A stretch of DNA of 64,000 nt, taken from positions 310,001-374,000 of the forward strand of contig JASVEC010000029.1 of assembly GCA_030770535.1 (NCBI GenBank), written 5' to 3'. The position numbers and the translations under genes are program-made. The notes beneath the pieces were generated by a model, which saw only the letters and a list, made by a program, of their open reading frames with translations, was not told the DNA's origin and made no database searches. This stretch comes from Batkoa obscura. Lineage: Eukaryota. This document shows positions 1 to 14,142 of this stretch, one piece after another (position 1 is the stretch's first letter; each line of letters begins with the position of its first letter).

Positions 1-60
1 ATAAAAAATAAAAAATAGAATTAATTTGCATCCTTTGTTTATTATGAAAGTAACAATAAA

Positions 61-557
61 ACTATCATGAACTAAGCTAAACAAGGGCACAGTTAATAGT
101 TCTTTAACTAAGATGACTGTAGAATCATTATCAAATATTGAAACTGATTTATAAACAAAAGAGGTAGAGCATTGATCAAGTTTTGTTATTCCTTTATTAC
201 ATTCACTCGCTTTTGATTTATTGAATGCATTCCAAACCATTTTTTGACATGATTACATATCACATTCAACAGAACATGCAGTATCAAAAGTATATTTTAC
301 ACCTTTGACCCCAATATTGTAAGCAAATATTTCATTGGGATTGATTTCACCACTCCTTGTATTACGTAATGCATTTGCAAATTCATCATGTTCTCATGAT
401 TTAAATTGACCAATACATTCTTCAGTCCCAAATAAATACGTCTTTGGCTTATTATTCTATTATATTGTATCCTTATTACTGGCTCTTTTAGTAAGATACA
501 TGTCAGATGTAAAGCTTAATAAAGTTAAAGAGTAAGGTATAGCTTGTTTTAAGACAT
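61..557 (-). pseudogene. Decayed gene for a small secreted cysteine-rich protein
   Basis: One minus-strand frame reads signal-like VLKQAIPYSLTLLSFTS, then LTKR (Kex2-type site), then ...ECIGQFKS*EHDEFANALRN...TACSVECDM*SCQKMVWNAF...ECNKG...DQCSTSF. It has six Cys, four in-frame stops and a frameshift next to the ATG at 557. The 3' end is uncertain. Confidence 0.5.
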
Positions 558-747
558 TGCTATTAAAGATTAAATTGATATAATATAATGTGTACACCAG
601 GTAAGTTTACAACTTTAGGTTTTTTTAAAATAGCTATGGGTTTAGAGGGGGTTTTTATAATGGTTGAGTATTGTTGGCCAAGAAGTCAAATGACAACATC
701 TACTTTCATTTAGAATATGGAACACGGTGATAACAAATTAGTTTAAA

Positions 748-1053
748 GTCTAATGTTTTTAAGGCCAAATTTAATAGATTTTTATTCAATTAGACTACTA
801 AATAATATTTAAAAGGTAAATGTAAATTGTCACAGTGTTCAAGATAATAAACACCTTCTTTAAACCAAAAATAAAATGTTACTTTTTTTATTTTTTTTAT
901 TTTTAGTATGCAACACAATAGCAATAAGTTGATTTAAATTCTACTGTTTTTAAGGACAAGTTTGACTAATTTTTATTCAATTAAATCATTGAATCATTTC
1001 TAAACGTAAACATAAATAAAACATTGTTCGACATAATAGATATCTTCCTTAAC
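748..1053. repeat. Diverged direct repeat, ~115-bp unit, two copies (~748-862 and ~940-1053)
   Basis: tctaatgtttttaaggccaaa...tttttattcaattaga...tgttcaagataataaacaccttctttaa aligns with tctactgtttttaaggacaag...tttttattcaattaaa...tgttcgacataatagatatcttccttaa. Confidence 0.6.
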
Positions 1054-1313
1054 TGAAGAGTCAGGGCTCTATTCCTTAGGTAGGTATATGAAGTACGTTC
1101 AATATCCTGTAGTCTCATTTAATAACCTGTAGAATTATTCGTTTGTTATTCATAAGTTTGTTATGGTTGTTAGTTGTCCTCCTGTACTTTGATTATGATG
1201 TTCGTTGTACGTTACTAATTAGAAGTCTCTTTCTGATTCCGAATAAGTCATTAAATTGATTATAAATAAACACTGCTATAAGCAAGTATTTCTAAAAAAA
1301 AGGTAATAAATAT

Positions 1314-1374
1314 GGGGGTACCTTCTTTTGATTTCATCACTTTTTCGATTTTTCAAGTGCTATTTGAGTAGAAA
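1314..1374 (-). mobile_element. Truncated copy of the ~98-bp MITE
   Basis: ATAT followed by gggggt...gatttcatcactttttcgatttttcaagtgctatttgagtagaaa matches one half of the family consensus. Confidence 0.65.
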
Positions 1375-2136
1375 TGAACTTTGATTATTATTTTCTTTTA
1401 CTTTTTATTAAAAAGCACTAATTTTGAATGTTCTATTGACAACAATAATAAATAGCTATTTTGAATAATAAATTTAAAGAATTCGGCTATTAATGAAGAG
1501 CTTTGGAAGGAAAAGAACTGAGTTTGATAATTTTTTTGTTTCAAAATAGTGATTAAATTTTTTTTAATAATGTTTGAGATATTAAATTTCAGAAATTAAT
1601 ATAATAAAATTTAATATTCAAAAAAGGATTTTAATAACAGTAGAATTACCAGTAACTAATGAATTGGAGATTTGAATTATTTAATTAGAACTTGAATTAA
1701 AATAAAATAGGATTCAAAGATGAAAAAAAAAGTTGACAAAAAGAAAGTATATTAAGAAAGATACTTAGTGAAATGAATAGGGCTACCAATTGTTATAAAT
1801 GTTTCTGGGGTCTTAAAAGTTTTGAATGTGGTTTTTTAATAGCATATTATATACACTCTATGAAATAAATTTATCTTATTTCTAGACATCTTTCGAATTA
1901 CAAAAAGATACGTCTTATAAATGATAATAAAAATAGCTATTGAATTTGAAAAAATTTTAAATTTTGAATAAAACAAAATAAATTGAACTTTTCAAAATTT
2001 CAATAAAATGTTTTTAATTAGCTTGTCCATTTCTTATGTAACATAAGATTTAAAAAATTAGAATGAAACACCAAAACAATTAAAACAAATTTTCATCAAA
2101 TTTTAAACCAAAACTTTTTTATTCAAAATCTAAAAA

Positions 2137-2508
2137 ATGACCACCCCAATCAACGAACCATATATTTACAAAATTTACAAACAAAATGAAGTCTCCCATC
2201 AAGATTTCAACAACAACTCTGATTCCTTAGTTTTAACTTCCTTAGATGAATCCTCAGGTTATATTCATTTATGTACTAAACAACAAATTTCTGGTGTATT
2301 AACTCGATTTTATAAAGATGTAAAGGATTTAGTAATTTTGAAATTATCAACTAAGGATTTAAACCAAGATAAATTAAAATATGAACCAGTTATAGAGAAT
2401 AATACCACTCATTATTTTCCTCATTACTACAATAGTATATCTTTTAATAATATTGAAAAAGCTTTTAAATTAGATAACGTTAATCAATTAGATTTAAATA
2501 ATTTTTAA
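2137..2508 (+). CDS. DUF952 family protein
   Basis: Motifs YIYKI, LDESSGYIHLCT..Q, LVILKL, LKYE and FPHYY are typical of DUF952. Confidence 0.85.
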   Translation: MTTPINEPYIYKIYKQNEVSHQDFNNNSDSLVLTSLDESSGYIHLCTKQQISGVLTRFYKDVKDLVILKLSTKDLNQDKLKYEPVIENNTTHYFPHYYNSISFNNIEKAFKLDNVNQLDLNNF

Positions 2509-2585
2509 ATAATAAAAATAATAAAATATTCTAGTTCATTTATTTCATATAATCTTTATTTGTATTTAAAATTTATACCCAACAC

Positions 2586-5500
2586 TTAAAAAGTAAATGT
2601 TGTTTCAAATAATGTTTCTGGTACTACATCGCTTTCAAACTCATTAATTTGGAAGCCCAATTTATTTAGAATTGTAGGTATTTGATTAATATAATCTAAA
2701 TGACCTTCTACAATTTCAGATAAATCCACACTTTCAATAATAGTATTATTTTTGATATTTAAACTATTCTCTTTCATTTTCATTAAGTTGGTAGCTTCAT
2801 AGGTGGTCATGGTGGTATCTAAATACTCAATATCGGATTTACTTGAATCTGAATCTAATATTTCATCTTCTTCACCTTCATTGTCTTCTTCATTTGATAG
2901 TTCTTCTTTCCAATATTTAATTAAATCAATATTTCCAGCTACTGATTGACCATAACTTAAACCACGATGTAAAAAGGAAAGGATCCAATCTTGTTCAATA
3001 TAGCCATTAATAAATCTACCAGAAATTAAAGTTCTAACAGCCTTCCATCGCTTTTTGTCACAAGTAATTGGAGCTCCTAACAATATTACATTTTCAATGA
3101 TATCAAATAATTGAAAATTATTTTCGGAGCGTAATAATAATTCTTCTAAACAATAAAAGATTACTCTTGCTCCTAATGAAAATCCAATTAAATTAACAGG
3201 TCGATGACCTTGTGCATAATTAATTAATGCATCTGCTAATATTAATCCTGCTTTTTTACTTCTATCTAAACCTAAAGACCATGGATTATCTAATATACTA
3301 CCAGCTTGTAGAATAGTTAACGGCCAAGCAATAGAAGCCACTAATCCATTTAAGATTGTTTTTTTTAATACTTCATTTGTAGCAATGCCAATAACAGAAG
3401 TAGCTAACAAACTATTTAATGCTTGACCAATTGATAATAGTATCTCTGTTTCATATTTTAAACAATACATATCTCCTTCTTTTAGTTTTTTCCATGGTGA
3501 AATTAAATCTTCTTCGGATTTTAACCACCCACTTATACCAATAGTTACATTTAAGGATCGTCTTTTTAATTCATTTTTTTTGATTAATGGTAAAAATGTG
3601 AATTCTTTTATACTTCCAATTCTTCTAGATACTCTATATCCTGCTAACCCTGCACCAGTAGCACCAAATAAAGAGGTTACTAAAGCAATACCACTTGTAC
3701 CTGCTAATAAGGAAGAGGCACCAAACACTGCTCCCATATAAGGTAATACTAATGGAGCAGCTAAACCACCTGTTACAGCTAAAGCAACACCACCTCCAAT
3801 AGCCCCTAAAGAAGTCCACGCCCAACGCGAAGTTTTAGATTGATTTTCTCGATGTGTTATTTGATTTTCTGAATTTTTATTAAAATCATTAATTTCTTGA
3901 TTAAACAAATCTAAAGCTAGAGGGATTTCTAATTCATTTAGATAGTCATTTATTGTCACATTTAATTTATTGCCCATTAGTATTAAAAAATGTCTTGTTT
4001 TATTGTCATAATTACCATCTTTAATTAAAGAGATTAACAATTGTAATAAGATGGATCTACTTAAATTGATATCTTCTTTAAATAATATTAATATTAAATT
4101 AAAATCAATTTCAAATTCTAAATCCTCCGGTTCTAAACTCAATCCTATATAAAATTAAATTAAATTAAATAAATAACTAAATTAATATAATAAACTTACC
4201 TTCCTTAGCAAATAATTGTTTTGCTGCATTAATGATATTTCCTTGCCATTTTTCCCAGGCCATAAAATAATTTTTTTTAATATTAGCATTAGAAATAGCC
4301 CCTTCAAATTCTCTAAATAGGCTAAAATAAGCTATGCTTTCTTGATAAATAAAACATTGCAATGGTATATAACATTCTTCTGGTATTTCAATTTGTAAAT
4401 ATTTTAAATATTCTTTATTATTTTCTATTATTTCATTTTCTTCTTCTGAATTGATTACATCTTCATAATATAAACTGGTAATGTCATGTAATTGATCTTC
4501 ACTTACGTTACTTAATTGTGCTTTTTTATGCTGTTGGATTTCTTTATTCATACTGTTATTTGAAATAGTATTGGTATCCCTACTATTTGTCATAGCAGTA
4601 GTGTTGTCTAATATATTATTATTATTATTTACATCGTTGTTGATGCTACTGTCTAACATAATATTTCTGTTTAGTACATTATCATCCATTGAAGTATTAT
4701 CATGTGTTATAATATTCTTATCTAATTTGATGCCATCATTAATGACTTTACGATATACTGTATTTTCACTTGATAGAATACTATCCTCTAATATAGTATT
4801 ATTAGTATTCTTGCATATATTACCGCTAATTTCCTGCAAGGGATTATTATTATTGAATATAGTATCGTTATCAACAATCTTATTGATTAATTTAGTATTA
4901 TCATTATACAATACAACATTATCTTTATAACTCTGATTATTATTTGAACTAGTAACTTCATCATCCTTAACTTTATCATCTTTTAGTTCAGTGATGTTAT
5001 TATCCAATACAACACGATCATTACTTAATCCATCTTCTTTGTTATTCACTAATTTAGCACTGTTATCGTTTTCTAATATACTATCTACATTATTATCATC
5101 CAATACGATATTTTTATTTGTCACATTATCTTCCTTAATAACTCCTTTATCTAAAGTGTCATTATCCTCCAATATAATGCTATCATTTTCCTTTTTCTCC
5201 CACTCGGAAATTATCTTATTATCCTCCTCTTCTTCCTCTTGATTGATAATAAAACTACTACTATGTCCACTGATCAACCCTTCTTCTAACTTACTTTTCT
5301 CATCAAAAAAGGAGGAAGATACTCCACTTTTATCATTCAAAAATGAATTCTCATTTAACAAAACATCACCTCCTAATAAATGAGATGTTGATAAAATATC
5401 ATTTCCATTCTCATTGAATTGAAGGTTACCACTAGGATCGCTTTCACTCATTGAATATTCAGATAATATCATACTATTATCTGCTGTTAAAAAAGAACTT

Positions 5501-6464
5501 CTTTTATTATTATCAGTTGCTAAATGATTTACAATTTCTTCTTCCGAACTCCAAACAGGGTCTTTCAATTGTATGGAAAGGTCATCAATTGTACCATTAC
5601 TTATTAAATTTTGGATATCATCCTCTTGATTTGTTGTTAGTGTTAAAGCTTCTTCTTTTGTTGATAAAATAGGTTCAGCATTTTTAATACCATTATCTTC
5701 CACTTCTTGAGTCTCTTCTTTATTATTTATAGTATCGAACCCTTCTTCAATTAAATTAATAGATTCCTCATGTTGACTATCTAGATTACTTTCGTTTTTA
5801 TTTACCTGTTGTATATCTTTCAAACTATTTACATTATTAAGACCTTCTTTTGTTAAATCAATCAGCTCATTATTCTTAATAGTAATGTTCTCTTCTTCTT
5901 TCACTATATCATTGGAACCTTCTTTTATTAAATCTTTCGATTCTAGATCACCAATATTCATATTATCAAACTGGTGCTTTATTAAATCTACAGATTCATT
6001 AGTATCCATACCAATATTCCCTCCAATTTTAACTTCTTCTTCTTTTTTTTTCAATAATTCAAGAGGCTCATCAGTTTCAATAATACTATTATCCATCAAC
6101 TTACTTTCTTTTATATTAGTCCCATCATCCTTCTTTTCCTTCACTTGATCCAATTCCCTACTTTTACTTTTTAAACCAGGCTCCCATCGATTACCCCATT
6201 TTTTTAATTTGTCTAAATTAACAATATTAATACTATTATTAATACAATTAGATTAAATTATGAATAATACTTACCATAATTCAAAGAACTTCTCTTTAGT
6301 TTTGATTCCGTATTAATAATGTTTGAGGTGACTTGATTAAATGAACTTCGCTTTAATTTGATATCATTAGAAGTAGGAGAGGGAGGAGGATCAGAGATGG
6401 ATTTTTCACTCTCGAATTTGTTGCGTAATTCTAATATTCGACTTGTGCGATTCTCTTTTTTCAT
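2586..6464 (-). CDS. DUF726/TMCO4-like alpha/beta-hydrolase-fold protein with a long acidic N-terminus; 3 exons
   Basis: Motifs GGGVALAVTGGLAAP, AGLILADAL, GHRPVNLIGFSLGARVIFYCL and GHLDY. Introns at about 6274-6213 and 4199-4145 join three ORFs from the track. Confidence 0.85.
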
Positions 6465-6665
6465 GAGGGATATTGATGTATTGGAAGTTATACAAAAGAT
6501 GTTTTTTTAAATAAATTTGAAATAATAATTCTTTGATTCTTCAACTTACCAATTAAAATCTTTGAATTTTAAAAAAAAAATTTGGTGGCTTAAAATAACT
6601 AAAAATTTTATTTTTAATGACTAGAATTTCAATTTCAATTTATTTAATCTTTAAAATAAGCAGTC

Positions 6666-8344
6666 ATGAATTTCAATTCAATAAAGTTATTATTATTCTT
6701 TCATCTGTCTTTGATCAACGCTGTTAATATTTTTGAGTTACCAAGTAATTAATCAAATATAATGATATTGATGGAAATAAAATATAATGACCTATTTTTA
6801 TTAAAACTTAGTTGTATTATGGCATGGTATGGGAGATAGTTATAATAATCCGGATTCGTAAGTGATAATAAAATCCATAATAAATAATATGATAACTGAA
6901 TAATTATTTTTCACTAATAAGGATGCAACGATTAATAAAAATCATTAATCGAGTCTCCCCAAATACCTTTGTTCATTCAGTGTATCTTGATCAACAAACA
7001 AACAAAGATAGAGATGCTGGATTTTTTGGGAATTTAAATGAACAAGTGGGTACTTTTTCTCTTTTTTTTCTTTTTTTTCTTTTTTTTCTTCTATTTTTTA
7101 TAATACTATATGTTGATGATAATAATAAATCTAGATCCCCTTTGTTTGTCATCAATTAAATAGTATAGCTGAATTAAAAAACGGGTTTAATGCCATTGGA
7201 TTATCTCAAGTGAGTTGAAATAATTATATAAAATTAAGCTAATATTTTAATATTTTATCAAAAAAATAAGGGTGGCTTGTTTCTTCGCTCAGCTTTACAA
7301 AGGTGTCCCAAACTTAAGATTTTTAATTTAATTACTTTAGGTTCTCCTCATAGTGGTAAGCAGTTTATTATTTTATTTAGCTTTATATTGTTTTATTTTA
7401 ATAGCATACAATAGAATGACAACGGAAAAATTTACTAATAAATTAATATTTGAATCACTTTTAGGCGTTTCCTTTGCGCCTGGATGCGATAAAAATCTAG
7501 ATACCATAAAATGTCGATGGATTAACTATTTGATGCGTAATGGAGCTTATTCTTATTATATTAGAAATCATATCATTCAAGCTCAATATGTCAAAGTAAG
7601 TTTACTATTTTTTATAGTTTATTAAGTTGATGATGGAAATTAATGAATACTTTTAATTTATAATAGGATCCAACGCAATATGAAACTTATTTAAAATATA
7701 ATTCATTTCTTCCTGACGTTAATAATGAATTAAAAGTAAGTTATTTTATAGAATTAAAAGAAATATTTATTTATTTATTTATTATAATAGGTTAAAAATC
7801 AAACTTATTTCAATCAATTAATAAATTTAAATAAATTAATTTTGTTTAAATTTGAAAAAGATACAATCTTAATTCCTAAAGATACTGCGGTAAATTTTAA
7901 TTTATAAGTTTATTACATATTGTAACTAATGATAATTAATTAATAAACTTAATAGTGGTTTTCTACTTATGAATCAAATAATCCTAATTTAATTAAATTA
8001 GAAGATCAAATAAGTTATAAAGAGGTAAGTAGAATATACTAAAATAACACAGTCCAATTCAATACTAATTTAATAAAATAAATTAGAATTGGCTTGGTTT
8101 AAAAACATTAAAAGAAAAAAATAAATTATTCTTTTTTACTGCTCCTTTTGAACATGTAAGTTATTATTTTTCATTATATTTTATTGAATTCATTTAAATA
8201 ACCTCAATTCCTGTCTCTTAGATGCAATTCACAGAAGATTATTTTATTCATTCGGTTTTACCTCATGTATTAAATATTACTATTACTTTCACTAAATCCA
8301 CTAATATAATTTTAAATCTTCATCAAAAACCATTTAAATCATAA
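6666..8344 (+). CDS. PPT1: Palmitoyl-protein thioesterase (PPT1 family), multi-exon, with signal peptide
   Basis: Exon translations VVLWHGMGDS, NAIGLSQ|GGLFLR, NLITLGSPHS, HIIQAQY and FLPDVNNE. The last exon ends QKPFKS* at 8344. Confidence 0.85.
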
Positions 8345-8406
8345 TAAATTAAATAAAAAGTGATAACTTTAACATATTCATTTAATTAATATATTTATTT
8401 AATTGT

Positions 8407-10048
8407 TTATTTTGTATATCTTTTACAAAATTGTTCAATACGAAGATAAGCTTCTTTAAGTTGTTCTGGTGGAGCTGTAATAACTACACGGAAATAATTA
8501 GGATATCTAAAACATTTACCGGGTAAACAGAAGACCGATTCTTCAGCCATTAATTTTTCAGTAAATTGGACATCATCTGAAATTCCATTTAATTTAGTAG
8601 TATCAATACCAACCATCATATACATAGCACCTTGAGGTTCAATGACATGAAGACCAGGGATATTCGATAATATTTCATGACTAATTTTAACATTATGTTC
8701 TAATGCTTTAATTGTATCTTGATAAAATTCTTCTGGTGTGTTATGTAAGATATCGGGTAAGGCAGCTTGAATTAATGTATTCGAACCAATAATTAATTGA
8801 GATAAACTAATTAAGGCTTTACGAACCTAAATAAAGATAAAAAATTCAATTAATACTTGGAATTATTTTATCCCAAAATATTTTACCTCTTCAAGTAATC
8901 CATTTCTATCATGAACCATAGCCCACCCTACTCTCCATCCTGGAACCAAATATTTCTTAGCAATACCACCAACCGCAACAACTGGAACTTCACTAGTTAA
9001 GGAAGCAATAGGATAAAATTGATTTCCTTCAAATACCATATCACAATAAATTTCATCAGCAATAATAGGTACCCGATGTTTTTCACACACTTTTAATATT
9101 TCTATTAAATGTTCTTTACTAAACACAGAACCGCAGGGGTTGGAAGGACTATTAATGACAAGGGTTAGTATGGGTTGATGAGAGTTAGAAGAGATGGGTT
9201 AATTTAAATGAACTTACTTATTAATTAAAACGGCCCCAGTTTTATTTGTAATTAATTTATCTAATTGTTCTAAATCAATTTCCCATTGTTTTTCTGGCTA
9301 ATTAATTTTAAAATAAACATTATTAATATCGCTTACATAAACAAAACAATTTAAATCAATATTTTTAACTTACTAATAAATCATATTCTTCAACATTAAA
9401 ACCTTTACTTTCTGCAAATGTACGATATAATGAAAAGCCAGGTCTTGGTATTAATAAGGTTTGATCATGATTGATCATGGCACTAACTACTAATTCAAGG
9501 GCACCGGAGCAGCCTGAACCAATGATAATATCCTATTGAAATCTATTAGTAAATAATAAAATAGCTATTCTTTTCAAATACTTACGTTAGCTGTTAATGG
9601 TGAAGTTTCGGTCGAAAATTTATCTGCAATAGCTTGACGAGCATATTCAAAACCTAAAAGAATAAAGAGATAAATCATCTTATTGATAATAAAAATGATA
9701 ATAATTTTTACCATGAGCAGGTGCATAACCATTAGCTTTTGAACTTTTAATAGCTTTAATTAAACTATCTTCAATCGAATCATGTACTTTAAAATTTCCG
9801 AAAACGGTTGGGTCACCTATTAAGAAAATAATCAGTACATTATTAAAATGTTATGATTATTATTAAAACAAATTATAAATATATATAAAATAATATAGCT
9901 TTTATTTACCAATTGATAAACTAATCACTTTTTTTTCTGGATTTGGAGCTACTTTCATACCATCCACAACTTGACGAATTGGATTATAAGTACGTTTAGC
10001 AACCTCTGTAATTTTAATATCCCATGAGTTATTTGCTGGAGCAGTCAT
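8407..10048 (-). CDS. TAT: Tyrosine aminotransferase (class I PLP enzyme), multi-exon
   Basis: NPIRQVVD, LSIGDPTVFGNF, GSGCSGALE, PSNPCGSVFS, IADEIY, KKYLVPGWRVGW (PLP Lys) and PQGAMYMMV. Confidence 0.92.
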
Positions 10049-10586
10049 CTTTTATTATTATTACTATTATTTTTTACAATATCTAAAATTTCAATTAGAA
10101 TAATAAAGAAATTAAAAAGTGTGAGAATTTAATTGATGTGGATTTTATACGTATTGGAAATTCTCTAGCTTCGAAATCAATAATTAAGAGCTTGATTTTA
10201 ATTGGTTAAGTTTGAATCTGCCCTGACTAAATATTTATTTTTTAATATGAGGTTTCAAGTTCAAGTCAGTGCAGATGGGTTAATATATATCTGATAGTAT
10301 ATAATAAAGCGTTATTGAATCTATTTTTATAATAATAGCAGTATTATTTATTTTATTTATTTTAAGTAATAAATTAAACTAAAATATTTAATTCAGTTGA
10401 TCAATTGAGTAAATTATACAAAAAATATCAGTTTTTCTAATAAAATAATAAAATTTGATGACTTCACCAAGAAATTCCAATTGGAATTTTTAACAGTTAT
10501 AAAAAGTAGCAATTGTTGAACTTTCTAATCTCATTTCTTTCAATTATATTTATTTATTTCCTATTTATTTAATTATTTAAATACAA

Positions 10587-11347
10587 ATGGCTACCGAAAC
10601 AATGAAATTGATTTATAGTCAGATGAAGTATACTAATTTTATAACTAAAGAACAATTAGACTATCTTGTAGATAATGAAAGTAAACAAGAATTAAAAAAA
10701 TATCCAATTTTATTATCTCAATCTTTAAATTGGAGTCAAATGGTAAACTAGTACTATAATATTATAGTCTTTTTTATATTTAATTAACGACCATAATATT
10801 AATTAGGATAGTACCCAAAATTTAAGCACATTGGAAATATTAAAAATGATTGAAAATGGTAATTAAATTATTAAAATTATATAATTCATTCGTTTATTAA
10901 AATTTAGCAAGAGCTTTTTATATTATGCTATTGTATTCTCAATTATCTATTGAAGATTTGATTGATTATTCCAAAGGAGAAAGAGATGCTAGTGTGACTA
11001 GTAATACAAAAATAGAATATTTAGATCATATTAAGTTTCCAGATGAGGTAAATTAATTTCCTATTGTCACATGCTATTATCCTTATAAATATTAACTTTA
11101 TTTATAGTTAATAATATGTGTTCGAATTCAAGATTATACAAAAGAAAAATTAGCTATTGAAGCAATTATTTATTCTTGTAAAAAGAAGAAAATGATGATA
11201 AAAGCAGTAGTGGAACAAACATGTATTGATTTTAAAACTAAAAAGAAAGCTCAATTTTCAAATAATATGTTGCTATTACTAAATAAGGTGGATCAACATT
11301 CCATTCATTTTTTTAAGCATTTTGGAAAGTTAAAATCAAAGTTATAA
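10587..11347 (+). CDS. Hot-dog-fold (4HBT-like) acyl-CoA thioesterase, C-terminal SKL; 4 exons
   Basis: Exons 10587-10742, 10807-10858, 10908-11047 and 11108-11347 give LNWSQMDSTQNLSTLEILKMIENAR...IEYLDHIKFPDELIICVRI...KLKSKL*. Absent from the ORF track. Confidence 0.75.
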
Positions 11348-11401
11348 TTATATATAAAATCATATTTTTATGTGTTTGTTTGTTTTACTTTATTATTTAT
11401 C

Positions 11402-11465
11402 TTGTATTGTTTTATATTATTTTGTATTATTTTGTATTATTTTGTATTGTTTTATATTATTATTA
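11402..11465. repeat. 10-bp minisatellite (ttgtattatt)n
   Basis: About six imperfect copies between two convergent genes. Confidence 0.7.
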
Positions 11466-11498
11466 TTGCTGTAATAATATTATTAATAGTAACATCTT

Positions 11499-13129
11499 TC
11501 ACTCAGTATGTCTAAACATGAGATAAAATACAACCGTACAAATACCCATAACGACCGTTTGAGCAGCAAATAAAGGTACATAATTAGGATCATAAGACCA
11601 AATAGCTAATAGCATACCAATTAAAGAAGAAATACAAACTGATAAATAATATAATGAAGAAACAACGGATTTCAATTCAGGGGAAGCATATTGATAAGAA
11701 TATTCTAATACTGTAGTTGCCGAAAACACTTCACTTATAGCTAATAATAAATAACCTGGTACTTGATACCATACAGATATTTGATTAACTGGATCTTTAA
11801 CACCATTTAAATTAGTAAAATCATAATAAGGACCTGTAGAATATACTATTTTTTGTAAAACAGTCATATAGATGAATGCTAAGAAACAAATAAAGAACCC
11901 GATTGTAATACGTGTAATTGGACCTAATTTAAACCCAAATTTTCTTAAGATCGGAAATACAAAGAAATCCATAATCGGTATTAATATAATAATTGTTATA
12001 GAATTGAATAAATTTAATTGTTCAGCTGATAACCAAGAGGGGGATTCCATAGTTAAACCCATTAATATAAAGGAATCAGATGTATTATAATTTAATGCCC
12101 AGTAAATAGAAAAAAATAAAAATACTTTACAAGCATTAAATGTACGTTTTAAATCATCAACAAATTGATTATCAATTTCATTAAATTGATTTTTAGCTTT
12201 ATCTAACCAATGTTCATACTCTTTACCCTCATTATTCTTTTGATTTCGATTATTTAAACAATATTTCAATACTTTAATCACTTTAATAATTGGATTTCCT
12301 TTCAATTCTACTTGTTTATATTTTAAAAATACTTTGCCCATTATGAAAAAGAAATTAGTAAATATAAATATAACACATGGAATTGCAAAGCCAATGGAAT
12401 AATCAAAAGCTTTAACAACTGGAGGACATACTAAAGGTCCTAATAAAGATCCTACATTAACTGACCAATAAAAGAATCGAAACACTCTTTCTACCGTAAG
12501 ATCATAACTAATCATTTTATTGGGATTATCAGTTGGTTTATCACCTAGAATTAATATGTTAATATTCTAAACTTATTAACTAAACACTAATAAAATTTAC
12601 CCAAAGGAATCTGTTCCGCTGTGAAAGTATTAACATTTGCTTTAATACCACCTGCACCCCAAGCCATAAATAAAAAGATAGCTAAACAAAAGCCAGGTAA
12701 ACCAAAACCAGCTTCTAAAGAAGGACTAATTGCTGATAAAGCCAATAATATTAAACCAACAAAATAAAAGGTAGAAGATAAAATAATGGCTTTAAATTTA
12801 CCGAGGTAAACATCTGCTACCACAGCTCCAATAATTGTAGTTAAAAAAGATAGGAATTGAAATCCTCGATTAATGGCTGATGCACTCGCTTTACTTTGAT
12901 CTAATACTTTAGTAAGATAAGGAATAAACATCAAAGTGACTCCATAGTAAGTGAATCGTTCACCAAGTTCAGTAATAATAATAAACCACGCTTGTAATGG
13001 GATTTTACCAGGAATATATTCAATGTTATCACTTTGACTATTGTTATCGATAATAACTGAATCCTCCTTTTTTTGGTCAACAATAGTATCCTCTTTTTCT
13101 ATTTGTTTTAATATTGTTGGATTGGTCAT
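11499..13129 (-). CDS. PTR2: POT/PTR2 family peptide transporter; 2 exons
   Basis: ELGERFTYYG (ExxERFxYYG), GAGGIKANV, FFYWSVNVGSL and LEYSYQYASPELKS. Intron at about 12600-12546. Confidence 0.93.
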
Positions 13130-14142
13130 TCTTTATATAAAAATATAGAAAAGAAATTAAAATTTTTTTCTTTATAAAAGATATTAAACTAATTATCTCT
13201 TTTTCTCTTTAAATTAATTTTAATCTAAGTTATAATTTTGGGTTTTATTTATACCCTCTTTTTAAATCTTTTTTAAAGCTATTGAATTTTGTACATTTAA
13301 TAAATTATCATCTTCTATTTTTTAATATCTTGTACTCAATTTGTATCTTAATGGTATCATTTATTTGTTTATTTTTATACTTTCTATTTTTATTCTATTC
13401 TTAATTTATAGTTTAAAATTGACTACTTGTTTGCGCACTTTATCATTATCTATTATGTCTATATTTATTATCTCGCTATTAATTTACTAGATGATAAAAT
13501 AAGATTTTTAAATTGAACCACTATTAATTTATAACAACAAAATATTTTTTTATTCTTAAATCTTTGTTGATATTTTAGTTCATTAGATTTGAAATTTTAT
13601 GAGTAAAATGGTATCATTTTGAGTCATTATTGATAAAATATTAAGAACTTTCTGTAAAAAATAAAGAGTACAAAAAAATCGTCTCAATATATAAATACAA
13701 AAAACATACCAAACTTGACATATTCGTTTTGTTTTATCTTCAGCTTACTTCAACTGCTTCCATCTTAAAATCACTTAAAAAATTATTTAATTTCTCACTT
13801 AAAAAAATCCCATTGAAAATTAACTTTCTCACCTTTAAAACCGAAAACTTCATTTTTAGTTTACTAAAAATACCTTAAACATTGAACCCTGAATCTCATG
13901 ACTTTGAAATAATAAATTTTCAATTTCAATTGAATTTGGAATCAGCTGATTTGAAAAATTCAATGAATTTCAAATTAATGATTATTGAGACCTTAATTTA
14001 AAATCATTGCAAAATTTATTATAAAATGTTAAAATTTCAACAAATTGAAATTGTTATTAAAGTTGCTTAATTGATTAAGATTATGGCGTGAAATGCGTTA
14101 AGATGCATTGATTTAGTATAATTATTTTAATAATCTTAATAT

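Noticed and set aside
13900..14050. TTGAA/TTCAA clusters here and near several gene starts as a regulatory element
   Set aside because: Cannot be told from background in such AT-rich DNA without an enrichment test.
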